A stretch of DNA of 64,000 nt from Eledone cirrhosa (GCA_964016885.1 OZ024762.1:3720001-3784000); one strand, 5' to 3'. Positions 24,096 through 38,452 are shown, counted from the stretch's first letter. The notes: generated by a model not told the origin, from the sequence alone. A program made the numbers and translations.

Positions 24096-26091
24096 GAATG
24101 GTACTCCATGAATAATCTCTGGCTCACTTTCTGAAAAAGATTATGCTTCACTGATCCAATGTCCTTCCTTTAACAGGGTAGAGGGTGGTTTGAAGGAGTG
24201 TTGGCTGCTATCACTGTGGTCAGATGCCCTTCCTGATGCCAACCCATACTTTATATATATATATATATATTTATATTTACACAAATACATACATTCACAA
24301 ACATACACACATATATATTCATGCACACACACATATATACACCCCCAGCCATACATATACACACACACATATATACATACAAACACACACACACACGCAC
24401 ATATATATATATACACCCCACATATATATATACACACACACACATATACATACTCACACATACATTTATACATGCACACACACACATATATATACACCTC
24501 ACACACACACACACATACATATATATATATACACCACATGCATATATATACACACACACACACATTTCTAGCAGGTCAAGCCAAGCCATGTCTGGCTTAA
24601 TGTCCATTTTCGTTATAAAAATACAGTCACCATGGCAACTGTATCATTATCAATGAACCATTGATTGATTTGCTGGTTTTGATTCCAAGTTGTGTCCGGG
24701 AGACAGTCAAGTGGTAACTAACTTTTTAAAAAAAACCAGCTTCACCTCCGCTCTTGCCATCTCCCTCTTCTTCCTGTAGATCTCCTCCAGTCCACAATGA
24801 GATGCCATCTAGTGTGACAGCTTGACCAGCACTGTCTGGCATGCTTTAGTTTTGGCCTCCTAACCCTTCTTCTTTGCCCACTTATTCCCCGAGAAGGTCG
24901 TGGTGGCAGAGTCCTCAAACACTCCTTCCAGTGGGTCCAGTCAGAAGCAACCATTTCCAACTGATCCGGCTGGATCCCCAAGCGTGACCAGCCAAGCTTA
25001 TGGATGTTATTCAACCATCTTGCTTGGGGTTTACCCCTGGGTTTCCTGCCGGTCGGTTTTGTCCATCAATTCTTTCCAGGGATTGTTCTAACCACATACC
25101 CACAACTCTGATCCTATGGGCGTCCTCACCCCACAGCTAAAATTAAAAGTCTGTCTCGAGTCCAGAGTTCCATCAGGCCGGTGCTTTCCCGTTTTCCATG
25201 ATGTTAAGTGGTGATCATCTACCATAGAAACTACTGGTCACACTGCCTAATCTCACTGCAACCATCTTTCAAAGGACACATCGAATTCTAACAATGCTAT
25301 TAACCCCACCACTACCAGGTGGAATACGATATAAATATATATATATTTGTATGTATATATGGTATATAGCGAGGAGGCATGTGGCCTAGTGGTAAGGGTG
25401 TTGGACTTACGATCATAATGTTGTGTTTGATTCCTGGGTTGCGTGTTGTGTTCTTGAGCAAAACACTTCATTTCACGTTGCTCCAGTATACTCAGCTGAA
25501 AATAAGTACCAGCAATAGCTTGGGGTTTAACCCTGTGATGGACTTGTGTCCTGTCCAGAGGGGGTCTTGTACTCTGTCACTTCACGCCATGAAACCAGGA
25601 TAAGCACCAGCCAAATGAGCCTTCTGTGGTATACATAGAGTCTCTGGCTGAGACCATTAATCATGGGAATACTCAATACATGGGGAGATGCAGAGTGGGT
25701 TTAGAGAAACATTTCTCTCTCTATATATATAAATCAGCCAGTATGTAAAATTAGAATTTTATTATTAATGTTCGATATAAACCATATGTACATATGTGTG
25801 TATGTATGTATATATATGTCTGTACATGTGTATACAGACAGTCAGTATGTATATATGTATATAAATATATTTACACTGATCCTGGTTATCATCGCTTTTA
25901 TTTTTTTCCAGTATCATTTCTTTTGATTTCTATTAATTCCCCAAGGAATATTTTGACTGATTTGGTTAAATCTTTTTTTTATTTTTCTTTCTCTAAGGTT
26001 TAAGATGTACTACCGTTTACCCCTATTTTATTATTTCTTTGTGTGTGCCTCCCAAAATTCTTATATGGGCCCTGTTTGAGAAGCATTGTTT

Positions 26092-26441
26092 TACAAGGGT
26101 GAGTTGAAACGTTTATAGGTCAACTATTTAGGAAAGATACTAGAGCTGTGAAATCTTACATGCATTAATTTCAACTCTTCTTACTAATAACTGCATTGTT
26201 TCTTTTCAGGGACTATGTTGAAAAATAAACCTCATTTGGTCATTCCATGAGAGTATCTTGTTATAGGCTGAGTATGAAGGATTGATGCTAGAGCTGTGAA
26301 ATCTTGCAGGCAGTAATTTCAACTCTCTTTATTAATAACAGCATTGTTTCTTTCCAGGGACTATGTTGAAAAATAAACCTCATTTGGTCATTCCATGAGA
26401 GTATCTTGGTCAGCCTATGAATTTTTCAGTCGTCCCTTGTA
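26092..26441. mobile_element. Mariner-like MITE with ~150-bp internal subrepeat; relatives ~43830-44457 and 63590-63800
   Basis: TACAAGGG...GAAA / TTTTCAG..GTCCCTTGTA termini and shared GACTATGTTGAAAAATAAACCTCATTTGGTC core. Confidence 0.7.
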
Positions 26442-26536
26442 CATAAATAGAAGATAAGATGTAACTCTCCCACAAAATATCCTCATGTAGCAGGAAGTTT
26501 CAAGAAATAACCATGTAGCAGTTTGACATCCTGAAA

Positions 26537-26810
26537 CATATACACCAGGTCCGAACACAAAGGAACCAAACTCCCACTGTCACTGCCTCCGTCACTCTCT
26601 CCATCTCTTACATATACACCAGGTCCGAACACAAAGGAACCAAACTCCCACTGTCACTGCCTCCGTCACTCTCTCCATCTCTTACATATACACCAGGTCC
26701 GAACACAAAGGAACCAAACTCCCACTGTCACTCTCCCCATCTCTCACATATACACCAGGTCCGAACACAAAGGAACCAAACTCCCACTGTCACTGCCTTC
26801 ATCTCTCACT
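26537..26810. repeat. Tandem repeat, 74-bp unit, about 4 copies, at the 3' side of the CRE-like element
   Basis: CATATACACCAGGTCCGAACACAAAGGAACCAAACTCCCACTGTCACT repeated. Confidence 0.9.
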
Positions 26811-26844
26811 ATTATGAGTAAATAGAGGCTCACACAGTGGCCGC

Positions 26845-27510
26845 CCCAGCAGACAATGGAGAAGGCATTTCCCCAGAGGTTGATGAGGGAGATGCGTTGG
26901 AAGAGCCATTCCAGCTCGCAAGGATCACACCTATGGGTAGCCAACTCTATGCCGATGGTGGTGAGTAGGGAGGTGGTCCTAGGGCCAAGGACACCAGAAG
27001 TCTCCACTGCCACAGGTAGCAAACTCTGCCGATGGTGGTGAATAGGGAGGTGGTCCTATGGCCAAGGACACCAGAAGTCTCCACTGCCACAGGTAGCAAA
27101 CTCTGCCGATGGTGAATAGGGAGGTGGTCCTATGGCCAAGGACACCAGAAGTCGCCACTGTTACGGACTTGACCGCAAACCTGTCAGAGAGCGACCAATA
27201 TTTGGAGAGTTTATCTTCCTCGGGCCAAATTGCAGCAGAGCCTGGGTTAGTCACAGACTGTATCAAGTTTCCACTGGAGAATGTGTCGCTGCATGGGCAT
27301 CCCAGATGAGTGCTTTACCACCACGGAACGGGAAGATGGTCATACTGTCTGGCCTTTGGCTGTCCTATTGGTCCAGCCCTGCTGGCTCAAGCTGGGAGGG
27401 AAAGCCTGCAGCATCCAAGCCATGCTTTATGACCTCATTGAGAATAGTATGGCGTGGAAGGTGGCCGGCACTGTAGTGGCAGAACAGTGGGTGGTGGCCA
27501 AGAGTCTACG
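26845..27510 (-). mobile_element. CRE-like non-LTR retrotransposon, restriction-like endonuclease (RLE) 3' fragment; shorter relatives ~20640-20800, 43640-43825, 48270-48330
   Basis: RH..LNEVIK..L...G.PS.LEP.GL, RPDSMTIFPF..GKALIWD, E..K..KY, AVETSGVLGP, QRISL...GNA are the RLE motif series of CRE-clade elements. Confidence 0.8.
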
Positions 27511-29668
27511 ATGGATAAACAATATCGAAATAGAACTAAAACCAACTCTAAACATCCAACAATGATTTAGCAAAAAATATCTTTTTAAAAAAATGGCTTT
27601 ATTTATCTCAAATGTTTATATTTTTACTACTGGACAGAATGTTATGAAACTTTACAGTATTAGAATAAAAACTTTAATTTTTAATGTGATGCAGCCATAG
27701 TTTTTTTTTTTTACTGTTCAAAAATGTTTTGTTAATTCAAATGTTTATTGTATCTTAACTAGTGGACAGATTGTTGTGAAAATTTGCAATATTAGAGTAA
27801 AGACTAACTCTTTAGCATTTACACCGGCCGTATCCGGCCAGAATTTCCTCACCTCTTTCTGTTCAAACTGGCCTCTTGTACCTGCATTAAGGTACTGTTC
27901 TCAAAATAAATAATATTGAATCTCGTAGATTCGATATTATGTGAAATAATTATGTAAGATAAAGCCTTTACCACAAAAATACAATAGTAAATATAGAGTA
28001 ATAAAAGGGTTAATGTCCAAAGTGCTGGTTTGTACTTTTCAAGAATGTCTGGCTAATGTGGTTTCTTGTTGATTGTTAAATCAAATTTACAGTGTTATCT
28101 CTTAACATCCTGTACTGATATAACAGAAAATATCTAAAAACAAGTCTGTTAATTCAAATGTTTATAGTATCTTTACTAGTAGACAGATTGTTGTGAAAAA
28201 TTGCAGTAATAGAGTAAAGACATCACTTTTTAATGTCATGCAGTCATAGTTTTGTTTTGTACTTTTCCAGAATGTCTTGCTAATGTGGTTTCTTGTTTGT
28301 TCATTCAAATGATTATAATATCTTTACTAGTAGAAAGATCATTTTGAACATTTGCAGTATTAGAGTAAAGATATCATTTTTTAATGTGATTCAGTCATGG
28401 TTTCGTTTTGTACTTTTCAAGAATCTCTTGCTAATGTGGTTTCTTCATTCAAATGTTTATAGTATCTTTATTTGTGGACAGATCGTTGTGAAAATATGCA
28501 GTAAACTATAGTTGTTTCTACTTTTGGCACAAGACCAGCAATTACCCAGTGTATTACTGGTACTTTATTTTATCAACCTCGTAAGGATGAAAGGCAAAGT
28601 TAACCTCAACAGGATTTGAACTCAGACCATAAAGGGACGTAACTATGCTGGAAAGCATGGCGTCCGACCCTCTACCGATACTGCCAATTCACCGTAAAGA
28701 CTAATTGTTAATGTGACGTAGTCAGAGTATTGATTTTGTATTATTTCAGAATGTCTTGCTAATGTGGTTTCATGTAGTACAGGACATTAAGCATTAAGAC
28801 AGCCTGCTTTACATTAACAGTTGACTATAGTTCCAGAAACAGAAATGCCCTCATGCAGTGAGACAATTTGGTAAACTGTAGTCACAGAACAGATGTTTCT
28901 ACTAAGCAGATTATTCATCGGCACACCGAACTAAACCAAATCTTGTCTCTCATCGAAATTATAAATTTGTTCAATATTTTTTTTTTTATTGCAGTTTCTT
29001 TAATGTCACACAGTAAAGGTCTAGAAAGTACACCACCACATCCCATATACATACATATTTTTTATGGAACGGATTGTGAGAAACAGTAAAAAAATAGGTC
29101 CTATACATCATTTGAAGAGGCATCAGATTGAATTGTTACAAGCATCTATTGAGCAGGACTATCTCTCCAAGCTACTAATATATACACCAAGTTGATTGCT
29201 GCTGCCACTGCCGCTGCCGAAAATGTGATACATACATATCAGGCATATATATGTTTATATATATATATATATAAAATTATATATATACATACATGTATAT
29301 ATAAATATATATAAAATTATATATATACATACATAAAATGATATATATATATAATTATATATATATAAAATTATATATATACATACATAAAATTATATAT
29401 ATATATAATTATATATATATAAAATTATATATATACATACATATATATATATATAAATATATATATATAATTATATATATATATAATTATATATATATAA
29501 ATTATATATATATAAAATTATATATATACATACATATATATATATATAAATATATATATATAATTATATATATATAAAATTATATATATATAATTATATA
29601 ACTATATATATATACATATACACGCACACATATATATAAACAATTATAGTATTAATCTGAGCACCATC

Positions 29669-29842
29669 CTAGCCAACTAAACTGTCGACAAGGAAGAAAG
29701 TAAACATGTAAATAGCGAAATCTTCTGCAATTGATGTTGTGTAGGCAATTACACGTTGGTAAGCGTCAATGATACTGCGATCGACACCACACAGGGCAAG
29801 TCCACTGTCAATTAGAGATCCTCGCTTGGGTAGAACAACAGC
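29669..29842 (-). CDS. CAMLG: CAMLG (GET2) exon 4, TM3 region
   Basis: gtctttag| acceptor; AVVLPKRGSLIDSGLALCGVDRSIIDAYQRVIAYTTSIAEDFAIYMFTFFLVDSLVG* parallels the CAML C-terminus (L.L.G....I......D...Y.FTF). Confidence 0.88.
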   Translation of the reverse strand, partial: AVVLPKRGSLIDSGLALCGVDRSIIDAYQRVIAYTTSIAEDFAIYMFTFFLVDSLVG

Positions 29843-30209
29843 CTAAAGACAAAAGAAATTATTTTTAAAATAGACAGTTTGGAAGCCTCTACAATGGGGA
29901 TGGGTAAATCTTCTGACAATGAAATCCAGTGGCAAAAGGAGAAGGAAAACAAAGGTAAATAAACGTAAAAGGCGTAAGGAGAAAAGAGGAAAAAGAAGAG
30001 GAAGCAGAAGAGGAAGAATGCCAGAGTGTGTGTACCTTAAAAGATTTATTAGTCCCTATATTTCGGACTCGCATTCATCAACCGGGGGGGGGTTCCGAAG
30101 GGAAAATAAAAACGTCACTGAACATTGCTGGTTATGATTCTGTTATAATTGAAAGTTGTTCGTTGGACTCGTGCATGCGTGGCTGTACGTTCTGTTTAAA
30201 ATTTATATA

Positions 30210-30440
30210 TACAGTGTACCCTCGGCCTTCGCAGTTCAGCATTCGCGGTCCCGGTTATTCACTGAATTTCCCTTAGAAGCTAACTTATAATTGTTTGTGG
30301 AAACCACCGTATGTTCGTGGCATCGTAAATATCCTCCTCCATTTTTTTAATGGCTTTTTTCGTGGCAATATATATTTTTTTAATGCTAAATTACTAATAA
30401 CAAAAACCGTATTTGCCGGTCTATTGGACACCACCCCTTT
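30210..30440. mobile_element. pogo/Tigger-like MITE fragment; fuller copy ~48514-48746, other end at ~8375-8460
   Basis: TA-CAGTGTACCC terminus and shared TAATTGTTTGTGGAAACCACCG / CCGTATTTGCCGG.CTATTG interior. Confidence 0.6.
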
Positions 30441-30903
30441 TTTAATATAAAACAATTTTAAACAATATATTGAGATATATCGAGAGACTAACCAGGCTTT
30501 AACATAAATATACATATATAACAAATATAATTTACGGTGTTAAATAAAAACATTACTCACGTAACGATTGAGTTATATTGAAATGGCTGTACATCTAAAT
30601 ATGGATGGTCATATTTGGAAGTACGCTCAGGCTATACTGACATACACCCATACACACACAGCGATGCCTTCATTGACACACACACTCTCAGGCTATACTG
30701 ATATACACCCATACACACACAGCGATGCCTATATTTACACACACACTCTCTCAGGCTATACTGACATACACCCATACACACACACATACAGCGATGCCTA
30801 TATTTACACACACTCTCTCTCAGGCTATACTGACATACACCCATACACACACACAGCGATGCCTATATTTACACACACGCACACAGTCATGCCTGTATTG
30901 ACA

Positions 30904-31449
30904 TATGAAGGCGCTTCAAAGAGTTGGAAAAAGTACGTCACTAGAAATCATATAAAAGGATTTTGATCTCAATACACCTGTATGTTCTCGTACTAACATG
31001 TCATAACATGTTCTAACATGAACCCTTAAATGTATGTTGCAATGCAGCGCCGCCAGTTGGAAGTCAGCACCCACTTGAGCAACATGGCCCCCTGGCCTCC
31101 ATCAAAACATCAAATTCATGGTGAAGCTAGGGTGCAATAGCAGCCAAATCATTGACGCTCTGGGGCAGGTTTATGGGGACAATGCCCCAAAGAAATCAAC
31201 ACCCTACAAATGGATAAGTCGTGTTAGAAGTGGAAGAGATGAGGTTGAAGATGATCCCCAGTTGAAGATGTAAAAAAAGCTGCTTTGACATGGTTTAAAT
31301 CACATGGCCCTCAGTTTTACACAGATGGATTTAAAGGCTGGTATCAATGTTTGTAGAAGTGTATTGACCTAGATGGAGCATATGTTAAAAAATAAACATC
31401 ATAACTTAAACTGTTTTTTCCATGAACATTTTGAAGACCCCCCTCATAC
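30904..31449 (+). mobile_element. Internally deleted mariner transposon
   Basis: TATGAAGGCGCTTCAAA / TTTGAAGACCCCCTCATA TIRs; peptide IKFMVKLG...QIIDALGQVYGDNAPKKST.YKWISR.RSGRDEVEDDP is the mariner N-terminal HTH. Confidence 0.85.
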
Positions 31450-31632
31450 ACCCATACACATACACAGCCATTCCTATATTTACACACACACACACACAGT
31501 CATGTATAAACAACACTGTCACACACACGCAGTCATGTATAAACATCACACACACACACAGTCATACCTGCATTAACACCATTACATACACACACACAGT
31601 ATAATACTGGTGAATAAAAGAGAAAAGCTTAC

Positions 31633-31698
31633 CTTACAGAATCTCGGCAGAAATGTGTAGAATCCTAATTGTAGCAGAGTGAATGGTACAATAATTGA
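31633..31698 (-). CDS. CAMLG: CAMLG exon 3, TM2 (SIIVPFTLLQLGFYTFLPRFCK)
   Basis: ctctcttccag| and |gtaagc; 66 nt, phase 0/0; resembles the SI..PF..LQL motif of CAML. Confidence 0.88.
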
Positions 31699-33178
31699 CT
31701 GGAAGAGAGAGACCAATAACAGATATACAATACTTTATATAAACAAACCAATCACAAATGGATTTAGACATTTTGAAGGTCTTAACCCTTTAGCATTTAA
31801 ACTGGCTGCTCTTGTAGATTCAATATTATGTGAGATAATTATGTGAAGTAAAGCTTTTACCGTGAAAATACAATAGTAAATGTAAAGTAATGTAAATACT
31901 TAAGGGTTAAACCACTTATAGGATTATGTTTCCTACATATAAAGTGAAGGTGTGTGGTCTAGTGCTAAGGCTCACAGATTTGGTGGCCGAACCTCAGGGA
32001 AACATTGATGCACAAACAGTCGCAGTCCAGCTGAATGCCAATTGAGAGTGATAGGAGTGCATTAAGTCAGGCACTGCTGTGGGGTTGGAAGGTGCATGAC
32101 CTAGTGATAAGGCTGTTGGATTTATCATCATAATGTTGTGAGTTCAATTCCTAGACTGAGTTGTGGCTTGTGTTCTTGAGTAAAACACTTCATTTTATGT
32201 TGCTCCAGTATACTCAGAAAAAACGAGTACCAGCAATAGCTGGGGATTTAACCCTCCGATGGACTGGCGTCCCGACCAGGGGGGGAGTCTTGTACTCTCA
32301 GTTGCTTCACACCATAGAAACTGGGATAAGCACTGGTCTAATAAGCCTCTGAGCTTGAGACATACTTTAGATATATATACAAAGTAAAGACACCTTTCGG
32401 TCTTGAATGACTTGGGATTTGCTCCTAGAAAGTTCCCCTCTGAGGCACAAGTCTGGGCAAGGTGTTTTTGTGGAAAACCAGCATTGACCCATACATACCA
32501 GTTTCCCCTCTCCATGCCACCGATGTTGTCCAAGGGAAAGGCAATGGTCGATGCAGCTTGGCACCAGTGACATCACAACTGAATGAACTGGAGCAACATG
32601 AAATAATGTGTCTTACTCAACGATACAATACATCACTTAGCCCACATATATAAAGGCTGTGACTTAAATACCACAAAGTATTATTTTCTGACACTGTAAA
32701 ATGGTTGTGATGGTGACACAACAAAAAGCACATAGCCCACACTGTAAAGTGGCTGTGATGGTGATACGGCAAAAAGCACACAGCCCACACTGTAAAGAGG
32801 TTGTATAGTTATGACAAAAAGCACCCAGTCCACACTGTAAAGTGGTTGTGTAGGAGTCACAACAAAAAGCACACAATCCACACTGTAAAGTGGTCATGTA
32901 GGTGTCACAACAAAAAGCACCCTGTACTCACTGTAAATGAGGTTGGCACTAGGAAGGGCATCCAGCTGTAGAAACCAAGCCAGAATCAGTTCTGTATGAG
33001 CAAAACATGGTCACCTGACCTGGCATTGCTCAGAACAAGAAAACTCAACTAACACATGCTAGGAGAAATGGACGTTAAACGGAGATGATGATGATGATGA
33101 TGACTCTAACATCTCTGCCAATCCATTGCCCCTATCAGAAATATAGTAAAATAAAAAGGGTTTAAATGATTCACTCAC

Positions 33179-33675
33179 CTCAGCAAAGAGTAAACTCCAG
33201 GAAGAGTTGAGTATCTTGCGTGTGATGAAAGCAAGTATCATACAACTAATCAGACGGGCTAAGTCGAAATGGAGCAAAGATAACGTCACTTTTGAGGGGT
33301 TTCCGGCTGGGACACGACTGCTGCCATATGCTGAGGAGGAGGATGACGATGGAGTAGTTGAAGACGGTGAAGATATTACCTTGGGAGAGCTGGTTGTTGA
33401 ACCAGTAGATGTGATTCCAGGAAATTTACTCTCAGCGAATGCATCATTAGTTTTTACGGTTTTGTAGGTGTAGGTTTTCTCTGTTTTAGGTAAGGTTGCT
33501 TCGGGAGTGATTTCTTTCGAAACTGATCGGGAACTGGTTCCTTCCGTACGGTGCTTCAGGCCTGAACCAAGGTCATCAACAGAATAACTTTCCGAAGGAC
33601 TTAAATCACAGTAATCTTCTGTCGGTAGAGTATTCTCACTCAGTTCAGTGGGGTCCGACTTGCTTTCAGAATCTC
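33179..33675 (-). CDS. CAMLG: CAMLG exon 2, S/T-rich cytosolic linker plus TM1 (HFDLARLISCMILAFITRKIL)
   Basis: ttcttaacag| and GAG|gtgagt; 497 nt, stop-free, phase 1 to 0 matches the neighbouring exons. Confidence 0.88.
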
Positions 33676-34030
33676 CTGTTAAGAAAATAGTATTAGATTA
33701 TTACAAGGTAAAATAATGGTTTCTTATTTAGGAACAAGGCCAACAATTTGGGTGGAAGAGGGAAAGTTGATTAAATCAACTCCAGTGCGTTACTGGTACT
33801 TTATTTTATCAACCCCATAAAGATGAAAGGTAAAACTATCCACGGTGGAATTTAATGATTTCTAGTATAGGCACAAGGCCATCAATTTTTTGGGGAAGGG
33901 GAAAGTCAATTATATCAACCCCAGGACGTTACTGGTACTATATTTTAACAACTCCCAGAGGAGAAAAAAGAAAGTTGACTTCAGTGGGATTTGAACTCAG
34001 ATGTAAAGAACAGGAACAAATACTATAAAG

Positions 34031-34271
34031 CAGTGGTCTCCAACCTTTATTATACCATGGACCGGCTTCATGTCGGACAATCTTTCCATGGACTGGTAGT
34101 TGCATATGTGTTATTTAAGTGCATTTCGATAAAGAGAGCAATTTATTAAAGTAGATGAATATTAAATATTTAAACAAATCTTTTAAAATTAAAGTCCAAT
34201 ATTCAATTGATCTATTATATAATTTTAAATAAGTTAATTATTTCTTTGCGGCTTGGTGGAGACCTCTACTG
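34031..34271. mobile_element. hAT (Charlie-like) MITE
   Basis: CAGTGGTCTCCAACC ... GGTGGAGACCTCTACTG termini. Confidence 0.6.
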
Positions 34272-37069
34272 TAAAGCATTTTCTCCATCACTCTGTCAAG
34301 GATTTATTTATTCATTTTGATTTTCCTAATGATTTCTCACACTAACCCAATGTCATATATATATATATGTGTGTGTGTGTAAGATAGAACTTCAGGTGGT
34401 TATTTGGCAGAGTCGTTAGAATGTTGGGTAGAATGCTTTGTGGTTTTCAAATCTCGCCACGGTCAACTTTGCTTGTCACTCATTCGAGGTCCGTAAAAGA
34501 GTTCCAGTCTTCTTCCTCTATATCTCTTTCCCACTTCCTCTCTCTCGCTTTCTCTATACTCCTCTGGAAGAAATCGGCTCTATTAAGACTTGGAGAGGGA
34601 TGAGCTCAGCCAGGTTAAAATAAGGCCCTAGATGCGCCATATGTTAATACAGCATCTCGACTACTCCCTCAGGAGTTACGGGACAATTCATGCGTGAGAG
34701 AACTGGGGATCTTATTATTAAAACACCAAGGTCAAATATATATATGTATGATACAAATGGGGCCCTTATCATTAAAACCAGGGTCAAATATATATATATA
34801 TATAATAGAACATGCTGTAAAGTGGTTGGTGATTGGAAGGGCATCCATAGAAAGCTCACCAAACAAAGGGTTTGGAGGACCTTCAGTTGTGTCAAAGACA
34901 TGACAACATCTCCTGTGTACTCAGTAGAACATGAGAGCGTACATAAGCGAGACAGATCCCTAACCTATCTGGGAGATCAGTAGCCACTGCTTCAGTATTG
35001 ACTTGGTCTATGTAGACCTGTCCAGCCCTTCTTAGCAGGGAAAACAGACATTAAAATGATGATGATGATGGGGCCCTTATTTTTATAATACTCCCAAAAG
35101 CCTCCTAAAAGATTCAAGCTTATATGAAGCTGACTAATGTGTGAGATGTATTGACAATATATATATGTGAAGGTGCGTGGCTCAGTGGTTTGGGTAATCA
35201 GTTCACAGTCATAATGTCATGAATTTGATTTCTGGACTGGATGGTGTGTTGTGTCCTTGAGCAAGACACTTTATTTCACATTGCTCTAGTCCACTCAGCT
35301 AGCAAAAATGAGTTGTACCTGTAATTCAAAGGTACCAGCCTTGTCATATATTCTGTCACACTGAATCTCCCTGAGAAATACATTAAGGCTGCATGTGCCT
35401 GTGGAATGCCCAGCCACATAGACATTAATTTCTCAAGCAGTTCCGTTGATTGAATCAACTGGATCAGTTGTAATTAGAAACAAGGGATGCAGGGCAGGGA
35501 TCTATAAATGTTGAATCTAAAGTCTGTCTTAAGCCAGAAGGATTGTTAGGACGGTGCTTATCCTGATTTCATGGTGTGAAGTGACTCAGAGTATAAAACT
35601 CCCCCCGGACAGGACACCAGTCCATCACACTACTAAAGTCTGTCCCAAGCCAGAGGTTCACCAAGCTGGTGCTTATCCCAGTTTCCATAGTGTTAAGTGA
35701 CTGATATTACAAGACTTCCCCCTGGACAGGAAGCCAGTCCATCACAGGGTTAAACCCCCAGCTATTGCTGGTACTAATTTTCAGTTAAGTATACTGGAGC
35801 AATGTGAAATGAAATGTTTTGCTCAAGAACACAACAAGCAACCAAGCCCAGGAATCAAACCCACGGTATTATGATTGTAAGTCCAACACCCTTACCACCA
35901 GGCTACGCGCCTCTGCTTATAAATGTTGAGGAAAATGTAAATCTTCTGAAATAATCTTCCTGCTTCAATTATATTTAGAAGGACGAAGGAGAAAACTGTG
36001 AAATTTGAAGGTGGAATGCAACCAGCAACACTATATAAAGTAAGAGTTTCGTCAGGTACTGTTTCACTGTTAGATCTCAGATCTCATTCCCTTACCGAGT
36101 GGGGGAGGAACTCATCAAATCGAACTAAGGAAACAATGTTTCCGTTGGTGATACTATCTACTAGTTGCAACTCCTCGGGGACATAGAATGGAATTTCTAC
36201 CTAATCCTTTTCTACATACTGAGCTTGGCCATTTTCTAGAGGGCACCTGTGCCCTATTTTCCTTTCTACATACTAGAACTTTAGTCTTAGACAAGTTAAC
36301 TTTAAGGCCTTTTGATTCTAGGCCATGCTTCCATGTTTGGAATTTCTTCTCTAGTTCAGCCATAGATTCAGCTATGAGTGTTAGATCATCTGCATATAGA
36401 AGTTCCCATGGGCAGCCAGTCAAACTCCTCTGTTATAGCCTGAAGGGCAATAATAAACACTGACTTTTACGTTAAATTCTCCACTATATTCGTTGTTAAT
36501 TCTAACCTTACTGACTGTATCTTTATACATGGCTTTAATATATATATATATATATAGATCGTGTAGGTGTCATGACAAAAAACACACAGTCCACGCTGTA
36601 ATGTGGCCGTGTAGGTAACATGGTAAAAAGTTCCCAGTTCCACACTGTAAATGTGGTTGGTGTTAGGAAGGGCATCCAGTTGTAGAAAACTTGCCAGATA
36701 GTCCTATATGAGCGAGACACGGTCACCCGACCAACCTTGCCTCAAGTGGGACAACTCCCGTCTAACCCATGCTAGCATGGAAGATGGACGTTAAACGATG
36801 ATGATGATGATAATCATCATCATCATTTTACGTCCGCTTTTCCCTGCTTATACACACACACACACACACACATATACAACAGGCTTCTGCACAGTTTTTG
36901 TCAACCAAAATACAGTATAAGTCACATGCGTAAGGGGCCACACTATGGGCTGGATCAAAGCAATCTCCTTAACCACAAACCCAGACTTATAACTATGCTA
37001 ACAGTGCTGCGTCTAAATTCTAAAAAACAAAACAACTACTGGAAGTGATGATGGCAGAGGTGGTACCAC

Positions 37070-38452
37070 CAGAGGCATAACCTGGGCTTGGCAAACATAG
37101 CCCTTGCCATGGGTGTCACTTAGACTAGGAGCACTTTCTATTAAAGTCAGATAAGCTATCGTCGGAGCATGGAAAAAAAAAAAAAAAAAAAACTAGCAGT
37201 AATTTGATATTCTCTGCCATAGGGTTTCATTCGGTCTATTAAGCAGCCATCAAAAAACTTGACCTCTAAACGACAGGGCAAGGCTGGCATCAGTGGTCTG
37301 GAGAGGCTGGGCAACTTGAGGTTAAATGAGATAAGTTTTTCTCTAAGTTTGCTTTCTCGGAAGATGAGGACATACTTCGAGTTGCTGAAGCAGTAAAGAG
37401 ATGTAGCGTTTAGCCAAACACTCCAACCCAGTCGACATGGTTGGCAGGGACTATGTGAGGGTGGGGTGTCCAGCTGGTACTTTGTTCCGGGGCCCAAGAG
37501 CTAAGAAGGCCCCCACAGCAACGATGCAACATCCATTTTGAGAAAAATCTTTGCTTGCTTCGGGCCTCAAAGAAGTCCTGTACTGCCATGCAAAATTTCT
37601 CTTGGAGACCCCGAGTGGTTGGACTACTTCGATAAAAGTTAGTTCATGCATCTGGCCGCCAGTTTACTACTGCATTCACGCAAACCAACATAACACACAA
37701 TTCACTCGGTTATTTGTTGTGTTCCTGTCTTATCGACAATAGCTTCGAAGTAAGCTATTTTCTTAATAACAATTCTTTATGTAGAGACTATGATTTACTT
37801 GTTCATTCCTCGTTATCTTCTCTACAGTGTTTATATATGGCACAATTTTTACCTGATGCATAATCACCCAGTAAGCCAACAACAACCACTATTACTACAA
37901 CCTGTCACGCTCAAATGAACAACAACCATCACCACTACTACAACGTCTGTCACACCGCTCAAATGAACAACAACTACTACTACTACAACAACAACTACTA
38001 CTACAACCTGTCACGCTCAAATGAACAACAACCACTACTACTACAACCCGTCATGTTCAAATGAACAACAACCACCACCACCACCACTACAACGCCTGTC
38101 ACGCCGCTCAAATGAACAGCACCAATCAATACTACAACGTCTGTCACGCTGAAATGAATAACCTCTGCCACGCTGAACAATAACTAACACAAACCAATTC
38201 ACCCATCGCTACATTCATTGCTAAACAATTCAACTTCGCCACCATCCACTACACTATATTTTCCTTTCCGCTACAAAACTTCTTCAGCTGTATGATGTCT
38301 TTGATTATCATGAGTGAGAAGAAGTACTATGGAGGCTGGATCATTAAACCAATTATATAAATTATTAGGTCCATAGATAAAAAATACAGTACTGGGCAGG
38401 GGCGCAGTTTCACTGCTTGCCGTAGGCACTATTTTCCTTAGTCACACGTCTG
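37070..38452. mobile_element. ~1.4-kb non-autonomous hAT-like element in CAMLG intron 1, with an internal ~45-bp tandem repeat (37880-38160)
   Basis: 8-bp flanking duplication GGTACCAC/GGTACCAT; decayed TIRs CAGAGGCATAAC / GTCACACGTCTG. Confidence 0.65.

Noticed and set aside
23654-24151. His/Ser/Asp-rich 165-aa ORF (also 62086-62391 and 53489-53833)
   Set aside because: Trinucleotide microsatellite translation with a non-ATG start and no convincing splice partners; next to an assembly gap
25372-25445. tRNA-like sequences with A and B boxes
   Set aside because: No complete cloverleaf; they continue into SINE bodies, so they are SINE heads and not tRNA genes
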